DNA of 64,000 nt, taken from contig NC_086381.1 of NCBI RefSeq assembly GCF_036588685.1, forward strand, positions 32,364,001 to 32,428,000, written 5' to 3'. Shown in pieces: positions 27,416-39,303 of the stretch. The position numbers and the translations under genes were made by a program. Source of the stretch: Mytilus trossulus (taxonomy: Eukaryota). Every line of letters starts with the position of its first letter. Positions within the stretch are counted from its first letter, which is position 1. The notes beneath the pieces were generated by a model. The model was not told the DNA's origin. It saw nothing but the letters and a program-made list of their open reading frames with translations, and did no database searches.

Positions 27416-28169
27416 ACAGATTTGTGGAAAGGATAGAAACAAAGCGCCATACATTTAAGTGTAATGACGTCAATTGACACAGATCTGAAGCTTTAGGCAA
27501 GATACAGATTTGAGGCCGAAATTTTATATGTCTCAAATGATAAATAGGAAGAAAATGTGTCAAATCTAGATACTGTACAATTGTTTGCATTCATCTTTCT
27601 TAATCAGAACCAATTATAACTATACCATTACCAGTTATTCTGTAGCAGTTCATAAACTTATCTTCATGGAGCTTGTTTTAAGGTTCCCAAACATATTAGT
27701 TTTTACTAAATGCTTTCTCTAAAATATATCAAAATGACCTTCAAAGTTGAACAAAGGGCTTAAATTAAATATAATTGAACTGCAAAATTTAACACTATGA
27801 ATATTAAGAGTACAATGGAAGAAAAGATTTAACGAAAATTATTACCATTGACTGCTACATACATGTCTTCCTGTGAACAATTATCTGTTAAGATTGTATA
27901 TTATAAATTAAACCCAGAGTGTTGGTCAAGAACAAAGCTGGCTACATCTAAAGTTTAGTAACATATCGTCCTAAACATGCATTTGATATTTCCTATTGGA
28001 CAATAAGAAGGCTACAGACTTGTTTTACCCCAAGAAAATGCTTTAAGTGGAATTGTACAGTTAAAAATATTCATCTTGCGTATTGTCGTAGTATGAACAG
28101 TGCCACACATAATGGATACATATAATACTCCGTCAACTTTTAATTGTGAATATTCGACGTTTAGATATG

Positions 28170-28945
28170 ATCCCTATGACCATTATTATTACTGGGGACC
28201 TCGATATCGTCTAGGACAGAGAACTGATTTTTTTTAAAACAGGACCAAAATATCGTCCTCCATCTTCTAAAATAGATTGGCAACAGTGTCGTTAGGTCAC
28301 CAAAGACGCTATCTTTCCTCGTTTTGTATAAATTGGTGTAAACGGGAAAAATCTGACCTATTGGTCTAAACTACACATCAAACCAGTAAAATATCGTTTC
28401 ATCTCGGTCTCTAGTAAGTGTTCTTAAACTAACATAACGATTCTTTAAGCAAGTTCCTTAACAACTATTAAATAACTTTTCATAAACTGTTGTAATAAAA
28501 TATAGGAAAATAGTGGAATTATTTTTTAGTGTAAACATTTTTTTTTATATTTTAGATAAATTACATGCCTTTGATGGTCCTGTTAATTCTGTTGACTTTT
28601 CTACTCTTTCCACTACACTGCATTACACAACAACACAATCTCATCAAACAGAAGTTTTCCTATTTGTTTAAATTGTCGAATGATAAATCGGAATGTAAAT
28701 ATATTTGGTGCAATTCGTATAACGCTTGCTTCTCCAATGAGAAAGGTAATATGCTAGATATACTTAGTGGGATTATGATTAGATGATGAAGCTGGTAACT
28801 TTATACTTGATGATTTTATGTACGTTTTGGCAACAAAGTGTATCTGCAGGTTGTAGGTATTCTAATGGACACTAATTGCGCCCCTTTTTAGCAGAATATT
28901 TTGGTACTGTTATGAATCACGGTTTATGACTAAACTCAGTAAAAA
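28170..28945 (+). mobile_element. Degenerate Penelope-like RT fragment, same family as 54592-55251
   Basis: Broken frames HIITGDLDIV, TGPKYRPP, RFISVSSKCS, DFSTL, VRFGNKVYLQVVGILMDTNCAP, YCYESRFMTKLSK. Confidence 0.7.
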
Positions 28946-29138
28946 GCGGCATAAATGTTTTTTTTCTTATCTTAACGAATGTTATCTATGTATCACTGAA
29001 AAATTCTCCATTTGAAATTATTTCGAATTTTGTTTACAGTAAATTTGAAGAAGACAATGCCTGTATTTTCATGTCATTGTCGAAGTACCGGATACTAGGG
29101 CAATGCTATGCCTTGAACTTGAAGTCCACAGGCAAATA

Positions 29139-29961
29139 TACTGAGCCAAAAAAGTTTAGCAACAAAAATATGAAGTTTTATTTTATTACAAAATTGTAAC
29201 AATATATGATTTTAATAATAAAAAAAATAAATTATGACATGTCAGAAGCAACATGAATGTTTATCACTCACATTCATTAGGATTTTCTTTGTATGGAGCG
29301 CGGGAGGGTAAAAATGCGAAAATGAGTATAGTGTTATTCAAAATCAATTTCTCGGTCATGCCCTAAGTGCATCAATGAAGGATTGCCAGACACTCCAGCA
29401 GCTGTCCTTAGTCAATGCACTACTCTTGTGGCTGGAAAAAACTTATCACGTGTTGATGCAAGGGGAAAGCAGCGCTCCTCCCTTGACGATAGTTTTTCAT
29501 GGTCTACGACATATCGACCTATCCCGTGCAGTTGCAATTTATCGATATCTGTTTGTTAGTCTCTAAACTGTTGACTTATGCACATTTAATCAAGCCATGA
29601 CATCAGAAACACTCATTCTGGCATCAACCATTCCAATAGCCTTCGGATGGTCATTTTCGGGAAGGCCAGGTTGACGGCCCATGCATTTTTTCAAACGTTT
29701 TTGTGTTTTTCTTACCAATGGTGTGTTTTTAAACGCAAGAGAACAAAAAAAAATTGTTTTAAAAGTACAGGTACAGAAGGTAAAACATCAATTTAACATG
29801 GAAAGCTTAAATGGCGCGATATCAATCATCCAGAAAAAAGTAAGACTGTTAAAAATTACAGGTAAAGGTAAGGATTATATCAATGATGTTTAAAAAAGAA
29901 TTGCAGAAACAACAAAAGAAAAATTGCAAAAAAAGTGTTGCTAAACTTTTTTGGCTCAGTA
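29139..29961 (-). mobile_element. Internally deleted Tc1/mariner transposon
   Basis: 26-bp TIRs TACTGAGCCAAAAAAGTTTAGCAACA in TA context. Decayed N-terminal HTH from ATG 29682: AIGMVDARMSVSDVMA*LNVHKSTV*RLTNRYR*IATARDR. Confidence 0.8.
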
Positions 29962-30668
29962 TATATAAAGTTTGTGATAGAAATGATATAAATGATACTA
30001 CTTTTACTACCACTGATGCGTATTCTAATAATGTATGTCGTTTTAGTGATGCTCACTGACAAATATTTGAAATTCAAAAATCTAAAACAAAAGTGTTAGA
30101 GCTGATAAAAAAAGTGAATAAATATCCTGAGTTCAAAACGCCTTTCTTGATTTGTTTTCATCAGGAACGCTCAAACGAAAATATTTGAAAGGTAAGTAAG
30201 TACACTCATATAACAGTTAAAAAGCTATATACAATTTAAAGAACCCAAAGATATAGCCAAATACATCAAAGGTCAACAGTGTCTGTCTTATTTACGGTTA
30301 AGGTTAGAAAGGTTTGTTAGGCACCGAGTTAATGACTATCCTCAAGTACTGAAAGTCACCAAAAGAGGTATTTATTCGGATATAAAAGGAAAACAACACG
30401 TAATAAATTACATGCGTTAAAAAGCATTTATTCAATAAAAAGAAAGAAAGAAAAAACTTTTGAGAGATTATTTGTTCAGTTATTAGAAAAAAAGTAGGAT
30501 GCATAATTGGGGATCCTGTATTTTCCAGCTAGTCACATTAGATATGACGTTAAAGATTAAAGTCAAAAGTATTAGTCCACTACTGAGAAGCTTCACTGAT
30601 AATGTTCGATTATGTTAACATGTTATTAAAAAATAATAGCATATCAAAGTTACGCCGATCATAATAAT

Positions 30669-33600
30669 TTATCTATCACAAACAGCTGCTGTCTTGTCGT
30701 TACTGCAGAAGGTGAAATCCGGTGAGTTCGAAATGCAGCCAGGTGGACGGGCAAAATACTCCTGGTATTGTATGTCATATGCAATACTCAGCTGGAATAT
30801 ACAGGTATCTTCTGACCTAAAAATAATTAAACAGTCATTGTAATTGAAAATAAATTTGACAAATACATATTTGCAATAAATCAAACACGGCGACTGTACT
30901 TATCTATTCAATGTAAAAATCGCATTCGCCAGCACTTATATATATATTGTAGATATAAAATTATATGTTATTCGGGTCTCAGACGGGGTATATACTGTGA
31001 CATTGCCAGCACATAGTTTATACCCCTGATCCGGGAATGTCGCTCTGCACTCATATTGAATTTACTGACCCCGTTTATATCATATAAGGTCACTAACACA
31101 CTATGTAACTAATAATATAGTCGTAAAAAGTGCACCAGCGTAGATGCATATATTAATAAAATGAATAGTAAGATAAGTAAAAAAAATATTTTGAAATTGT
31201 TAATGATAAATGGATATATATCCATCTCTCTACAGTATATATTAAAAGTTTTTTCGTTTAATTCATCAATTTTGTTAGCTGAAGTCACCAGTAACGTACG
31301 AATGGTCCGATGTATTCATGTTATTGCAGGTTTTGATATTACTATAGTTTGAATTAACTTTTTACCAGAAATATAAAAAGAAGATGTGGTATCATTACCA
31401 ACTAGACAACTCTCCACAATAGGCCAAAGTGACACAGACGAATATAAATTTCTTTGTGATTATCAGTTAGCCATCAGGCGAAAAATTAGGATTGTTACCA
31501 GGTCAAAGAGCAAATATTTTTCGCTGTTCATATTTTTAGTGTTAGGATCCATCGTGTAGTGGGTTGTTACCTTCAATTGCCACACTATAATCCACAGTTT
31601 ATCTGATTTAGTTCTAGATCTGTGACACTCATCTTGTTTTTAATTTGAGTTTTTGTGCATGAATAATAAAGACATGCAACTCTCTTCTTATTGTCAGCCC
31701 ATTTATACTTACTTAAGATCGATCGTTTTCCCTTCGTTATTGATAAACAGACAACGTGAAGCCTGCAATCAAAATCACAAAAATAGTCACAGTTGTCAAT
31801 TTAAAAAAAAGTAAAAAGGAACAAGCTGTATGCAAAACTAAATTCCGAGAACACTAAGCGAGGTACTGTAACTGAATATCTTTCATTTGAAACAAATAAG
31901 GATGCAAATATTAATATTTTCTGAACCAATCTTAATAAAAAAAAATACGAAGAAGATAACCACAGTTATTGAGATAACGTTATCAGGGTAATTTTGAAGT
32001 CGTGATATTAAGACTTTCAGAAAAAAAAATACCGAATTCCGAGGAAAAATTAAAACGGAAACTACGTAATCAAATAGCAAAACCAAAAGCTCAAACACAT
32101 CAAATATATTGATAACTGTCATATTCCTGACTTGGTACACGCATTTTTGTATTTAGAACTAGGTGGATTGAACATGTAGCTAGCTAAACCTTTTACTTGT
32201 ATGACAGTCACATCAAATTCCATTATATTGACAACGATGAGTGAACAAAACAACCAGACATAACAGGTAAAAATGTAAAAAAAAAAAGGATACAACAGTC
32301 AACATCGTGATATAATCCTAATCACTTTACAAAACAAACAAATATGTAACAAAGACGCACAAAAAGGCATATATCAAATATATCAAATGTATTCATTGCT
32401 TTTTTATTATTCGACTTTATCTATGTATGTTAACTCTTTCCATGAAGGATTGAAAGATTTGTAGTTTTGGGATTCAATAACCATTACAGGCTCATGGTAA
32501 GGTTAACATTTAGTAGAATATAGAATCGAGCGTTTCAGATGTGGTATGATTATCAGTTGATTAACATGTAAACGTCACACAGGTAGAAACAAAATAAATT
32601 TGTCGTTCAAGGATCTTTCCGATTTGAATTTTCAGTGTTTTGTGATTTTACATTTTAAACAAATTTATATGCTTCATATGGTAGGAGTAAACTTGCTTTT
32701 ATTCGACTTGGAATCATTATGGGACTTGTTTTGTCTTCAAAATTAAGTTGTCATTTAACCGTTGAAGTTTCTACCAAAAAAATAGTTTCATGACTGTTTT
32801 AAAGTGAAATAAAAGAGAATATATTAATTCTATCATCAAATTAATAACTCATAATACTTACTAAAACGTCACCAGGTCGTATTTCTATCGGTCCGTTTAC
32901 GATATCATACCATACCTAAAGATAAAAAGATTTATCATATGTTTTGACATATTAAACAAAACATGTGGCTAAAATAACTCTATACCATAAAGGTAGCGAT
33001 TTACTTGTATAATTAGTGCGTTTTGTACATATAACTTGTGTTTTGCTTAAAATAATTCAGAAGATCAAAAGCAAATTAAAAAAAATGAAACAACACAAAA
33101 CAAAACACCAAGATGAATCATTAAATTATAAAACCCCAATCTAGTAACTATCTTGAAAATCCTAAAACATTGTGACGAGAAAATAGATACAGGAAGATGT
33201 GGTGTGAGCGCCAAATTGACAACTTTCCATCCAAATACATAAAAAAGTAAACCATTATAGGTCAAACACCGTTTTAGAATAAATTATTTGTCTCTGAATT
33301 TGCGAAAAAAATGTAATCACAATCTAATAATGGTAGTTTTGTGTTTTATTGTAAAACTGTAAACAATATAGCAAATGTATAGCTCGTGCATACATACTTA
33401 TTTATAACTATTTCAAAATGAGATTTTCATACTTAGTAAAGTGTGCGATTATCCACTTCCTGTCATATTTATTTAAAAAAAAAAAGTGCAAATGTGTTAC
33501 ATGTGAAATAATTCTTGAACATATGCTATGTTTCGGAATTTTTACATTCTGTCTTCTTTTAATGGCATAACATTCTATATATCAATATCTAAAAAAAAAA

Positions 33601-36600
33601 AAATGATCCATATATACACCTCAATTTTTTCTATGCATAAAATATGCAGACAAAAAATTAAATCTATCTGAAAAACAGTTTTTGTCGATAAAGAAACATA
33701 GATATGTCCTTCTAAATTATATTTAAAAAAACACCTTTTGCCTTTCCCTTGTTTTCTGACCACCAAGGTATATCCAACTGTTATTTCGAATAAGAAATCC
33801 TTCAGCAAAAATACCTGAATTAGAAGTAAATTAAACAAGTTATATAGTGATCAACAAGACAAATTATCATTCGTAAATAAGACATCCTATTTGAATATGT
33901 TCGAGAAAATCTTCTACAATGTAGTCATTTGTTTTGAACAAACAAAAGATTAGCATTTTTCTCAATTAAAAGTAAATCTAGATGAATAGAACGGGTATCA
34001 CATGTGGAGCAGAATCAGAAATAATCAATTTCGACCTCTTGAGTTCACAACGGTCTTCTCCCTACTGAATCTTTATTTGGTAAGTACAGTTTTGAAAAGT
34101 TTTGTTGATACATATGTTCAAATTAATGTCAATAACGAAAAAACGCTGTAAGATTAGCAAATAATAACAGATATAAAACATTGATGCAAACGCGGTTTGC
34201 ACTTCTATGATATAAATTATGAGTATGCTTTTTAACAAATGTAATTAAGTTTTTTGAGATTAAATTCAAATTACTCACCATGTACATGTGTATGGGCATA
34301 ATAATGAAAGGCAATCACTTTAGGTCTTTTCCATTCGCAACCAACATGTGTGAAGAAACCTAAATAAAGATGATATAATGGTCTACTGTTACAAACTTTG
34401 ACTTAAATGAAGAGTTGTCTTAATGACATTCACAATACATCTTCTTATGGCCATATTACCTCATCTGATGTTTTCAATATTTGTGTACATGTACTCATTC
34501 TATAAATTCGTTTTATAGTAAGATGTTTTATAATGTTAAACCTTTTTTCACGTAGAAATAGCATTCATTCTAGCTACACAGGCCACTGTATTTGATGTTA
34601 CTCTACATATTACCGTAGAGATAAAATCAGTATTTAATAAATTGAGTGTGACCAAGCCTTGTTCCTGAACTTCTTCACCTAAAACGTTTTACAAAAGAAA
34701 TTTGAAAAGCAAAGTTGAGAACAGAAATGCAGAATATATCCACCTTAAGGGCATAAAACAGCCGAATGCAACCAATAGGTCATTAGCCAAGCAAATAACT
34801 CCATCAACAGGAGGCGGTTTACAGCCAGCCCATGAACAAAAATAGGTATTTGTTCCTTGAAAACGAAAAATACGTACTTGAATAAGTAACAATTTCTAGA
34901 ATGATAAGCCAAATTTATTTTAAGTGAACTTAACATAAGTTATTGGTACCTTAGTTTTTGCCTACTTTCAAATATAAAAAATAGAATATTATTACTGGCA
35001 GTAACGCATTTGACTTCTGAGCTGATGATACCATCGATAGCTAGTAGCACACCAGCAGTTTCTAGTGTGTTACTAAAGCATAATTACCGTAATCCATTTG
35101 AATTGTAGATAGGTTTGGACCAACTTTAGCAAACCATGCTTCTTCAAATTTGGGGGCTACTGAATATGTAATTAACGAAATTGTCCCTATCTTCGTATTT
35201 TTTTGTAATACTGTATTTATAAGTAACATTTCGAACTTGCACAAGTACATACCATTTGGTTTATTGGCAGGAATAAAACCGCTATTGCAAAGTAGGAATT
35301 TCTGGTAGTTATACTTTGTTCTAAAATCAATTGAACAATAAATTATATTTCTAATAAGCTGTGTGCATATTTTTGGATTATTATTAAAAACAAGGGAGAC
35401 TGCTTATGCCAATTTGTCTTCTTTGTTCAAAATGACGTGGATCAGTTCAATTCTTACATACCATATGAACAAGAAGCTGATACATGGTACAAGACACTAA
35501 TTGAGGAACAATTTGTTAACAGCAATCTTGGAGATTCAATATGGTAAACATGATGCGCGTACTATCATATTCATCTTAGTTCTCATCATCCTTCTATCAT
35601 TATGGGTAGACTTTACATAGATAAATTCAGCCGTATAAGAAAAGCAAAATGAGAATGTTAAATTAATGTATGCCTTTTTGTGCTTCTTTGTTACATTTGT
35701 TGTTTATGTAGAGATATTAAGATGATAACACAATATTGACTGTTGTACCCCTATTTTTGACATTTTTACTCTTTGAGTATGTTTGTTTTGTTCATGCATC
35801 GTTGACAATTTAATGGAATTTGATGCGACTGTCATATAAGTGAGAGGTTTAGCTAGCTATAAAACCAGGTTCAATCCACCATTTTCTACATTAGAAAATG
35901 CCTGTACCAAGTCAGGAATATGACAGTTGTTACCCATTCGTTTGATGTGTTTGGACTTTTGATTTTGCCTTTTGATTTTTGATTTTCCTTTTTTGAATTT
36001 TCCTCGGAGTTCGGTATTTTTGTGTTTTTACTTTTTTTTATATCGGTCCTACATTTGTGAATTTCAAGCTTCAGATTTGCATGTGAACAGTTATAAACAA
36101 TTGAACATAGAAAGAACATCAAATGCTGTTGTTTCGTCGACTTATGCATTTGGAATTCCATATAATATATTTGTTAGCAATAAGATAATACAATTGAGTT
36201 TTAAATATTAGAAATATCATCTTTTGAATTAAAAAACTTAAACAATTTGAGCAAATTTGTACGAATAATTAAACACCCGGGAAATTAAGTTTCATCAAGT
36301 TTTTGATAAAATTGATTTTGAATAAATCAATTCTTAGATCTTACCAAAATTGTTACATAAGAGTATTTTTAACTTACGGTCGTTTCGTAAAAGTTAAAGT
36401 TATATTAGCCGGCGATGCAGGTTCTGTAATAAAATAAACACTTTAGTTACGATTGGTACTTTAGAAAATACATATACATAAATTTGTAATCAAATTTCAA
36501 CATGCTGGGGATGCAACTTTACCCTGAGAACACTTGATTTTGTGTAAAGGTATCCAAGTGTTTATACTTTCAAGATTGTCAGCTATCAATATTACCACCT

Positions 36601-38765
36601 TATTGATTTATTTTACAATTTTATTGTTCCGAAAAAAATAAAATCACAAAAATACTGAACTTAGAGGAATATCAATTCGGAAAGTCCATAATCACATGGC
36701 AAAATCAAATAACAAAACGCATCAAAAACGAATTGACAAGAACTGTCAGAATCCTGACTTGGTACAGGCATTTTCAAATGTAGAAAATGGTGGATTAAAC
36801 CTGGTTCAATAGCGCTAACCCTCTCACTTTAACGACAGTCTCATCAAATTCCGTTATATTTACATTGATGCGTTAAATATACAGACACAATAAATAAGAT
36901 AGTCAAAATATGGGTACATCAGTCATCATCGTATAACAATTTTAAAAGGAACAATTTAACAAAACACATAAACATACAATATCTACAACACATTGAATGA
37001 GTTGGTTTTTTTTTTGTTGGCTACTTTCTTGAGAAAGTTTACCTTTTTGTTTCTACGCTGGACGATTAGGTCTGAAATCACCCTCTCTTTCTGTAAGATT
37101 TCGTTTTGATCATATTTCGTCTTGTTGTGTAGTGATTTATAGCTTGTGGTTTGTTTTTCTGTCGTTTTTCTTTTTGGCCATTATAATACATTAATTATGC
37201 ACGAGTAACATACATAAAACACCCTCCCATAGTAGCATCCTTTTTATGTAAAAGCCGATTATACTGAAGATATGTCTAGGTTGAGTAGCAATTTTTTTCT
37301 CCATTACATTACATATTTTAGTAAAGTACAAATATTCATTGAAAACCATTATATTTCAATTGTTTCTTTATTTCAGGTAATGATTTACAATACCTGTTAA
37401 TGGTGTGTAGAGATGCATTTGAACAATTAAGAAATATTTCTTTCCATTTCCACCAACCTTTGATGATACATCTAAAATATAATTTAATTTCAAACTTCAA
37501 TTCTGTTGTTTCCAAAATACAATGTATTTGATTCATCTAATATATCTTAAAGATACATACATATTGTCGTTGGTTCATGTCTGTCATCTTTCTTTTTTCT
37601 TTTTGGTAAATGGTTTCGTTATAATTTAGGCATTATATTGACAACGATGTGTTGACCCGTTATGGTGATCACCTCGTCAGATCTTCCAAATCTTTTTAAG
37701 GTTCCGAGGTAGGGACTACATTTTTAAACAGGTTGTTTTTTTGACAAGAACTCAATTAATCATGTCAGTACAGAATCACTAAATACGGACCTAGTGATAT
37801 GGGGACTAGTTGTCAATCAAAAATAGTTTTGACCCAGTGCCAAGTTAGATTTGATAATTTTCAAGTTTCCTAGGATTCTTTACGAATTTCATTTGGTTAC
37901 CTTGTTTTAAAGGTGTTAATAGTTATCAAAGGTACCAGGATGATAATTTAGTACGCCAGACGCGCGTTTCGTCTACATAAGACTTATAAGTGCCGCTCAT
38001 ATCAAAATATTTATAAAGCCAAACAGGTACAAATTTTTGAGTATTGAGGATCCAAAACTCTAAAAAATTGTTCCAAATACGGTTAAGGTAATCTTTAGAT
38101 ATAGGAAGATGTGGTGTGAGTGCCAATGAGACAATTCTCCATACAAATAACAATTTAAAAAAAAGTAAACTAGTATAGGTCAATAATAAGAAAATCCTTA
38201 GTTTTTCGAAAAATTCAAAGTTTCAAACAGATCCAATATATATAAGACGATGTGGTATACGTGCCAGTGATAAAACTTCCCATCCAAGTAATTATTTGTT
38301 AAAGTAAACCATTATTGTTTACGGTCTTCAAAACGGAGCCTTGGCTCTCACCGAAAAGTAAGCACAGTACACTTACAAAAAAACTTTTACGAACAGTACT
38401 GTAATTGTAGTGGCAGAAAATATTGGAAAGTCACGATATTAAATAACGAGGCTATAAAAATTTCCTTACATTGTTATGTTTTAGCTCGAACAAAAATGAA
38501 AATGACATCACAGGCTGTCAGTTATGTTTTTTTCTGTACTAGTTCCACGCAAATATTTTGCCACGCATGTATATGGATAACCGTTTAATAATTTTGGAAA
38601 GAAGTATGACCATATTTCTGTTGTAAACTTACCCGTAATTTTTAAAGCACTGATTAGTAATTACCTTTGGGAAGAACGTAGAGTGGTTTATCATTAGACT
38701 GGAAATTGTCTGTAACACTAAACTCAACATCATCACCTTTACATGCTAGTCCTCTTTGACAATCC
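30669..38765 (-). CDS. PHM-like copper monooxygenase, paralog B (exons 5-13 recovered, about 234 aa; exons 1-4 not found)
   Basis: Exons 38765-38665, 37471-37394, 36423-36378, 35320-35253, 34359-34279, 33814-33735, 32915-32862, 31762-31713, 30816-30669. Same phases and almost the same sizes as paralog A exons 5-13; frame open. Motifs KVGGNGKKYFLIVQMH, TKYNYQKFLLCNSGFIPANK, AFHYYAHTHVHG, IRNNSW, IRPGDVLASRC, SEDTCIFQL. Confidence 0.85.
35660..36040. repeat. Representative copy of a second interspersed repeat family (AAAATCACAAAAATACTGAACTCCGAGGAAAATTC end)
   Basis: Related copies near 7000-7330, 11960, 32020-32350, 36640-36960, 47215 and 51160-51380. Confidence 0.75.
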
Positions 38766-39303
38766 CTAAACAATTATAAACGTGCAATTTACTATGTGCC
38801 TTGTTATGTCAGTAATTGGAAAGTTGTCTCTTGTTTAATGATGTGGATACTTTTAAAGAGAGCAGCAATTTTTGAAGTATTACCTCTTTAATTTTGTAAA
38901 AATTCATTGACACCAAAATTAATTTTATTGGAAATACTTCTTTAAACTAACTGTATCAGGTAAGGTAACTGAAAACTACTAAATTAAAAAAGGCTTAATT
39001 ATTGAAAACAACGTTATGAATCAAGAATCCTAAGAGTGCAACAATCCTCAATTAGATTTGAAAATACATAGTGTTTTTTTAATGAGAGATCTATAGGTAT
39101 CCTGTCACGTTCACCTTGTGTTTTTGTTCGATTTATTTTCTGTTTTGTATCTGACCCCTTTTCAATTGTTTGTTATATTTTCCCCTTATGTTGTATAGTT
39201 ACTCCATGGTCCCTGTTTAGGGGTGAGATTTGTGCTATCAAACAGATTAACTCCAGTCATATTATATGTGTCCATATCCGGAGCATGTAATTAAGTATCA
39301 ATA

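Noticed and set aside
30669-30816. Ependymin-like C-terminus (FARPPGC)
   Set aside because: The upstream exons clearly give a PHM fold.
37336-37536. ORF resembling an LRR/Toll N-cap (LNCSNASLHTI)
   Set aside because: Alternative frame of PHM-like B exon 6.
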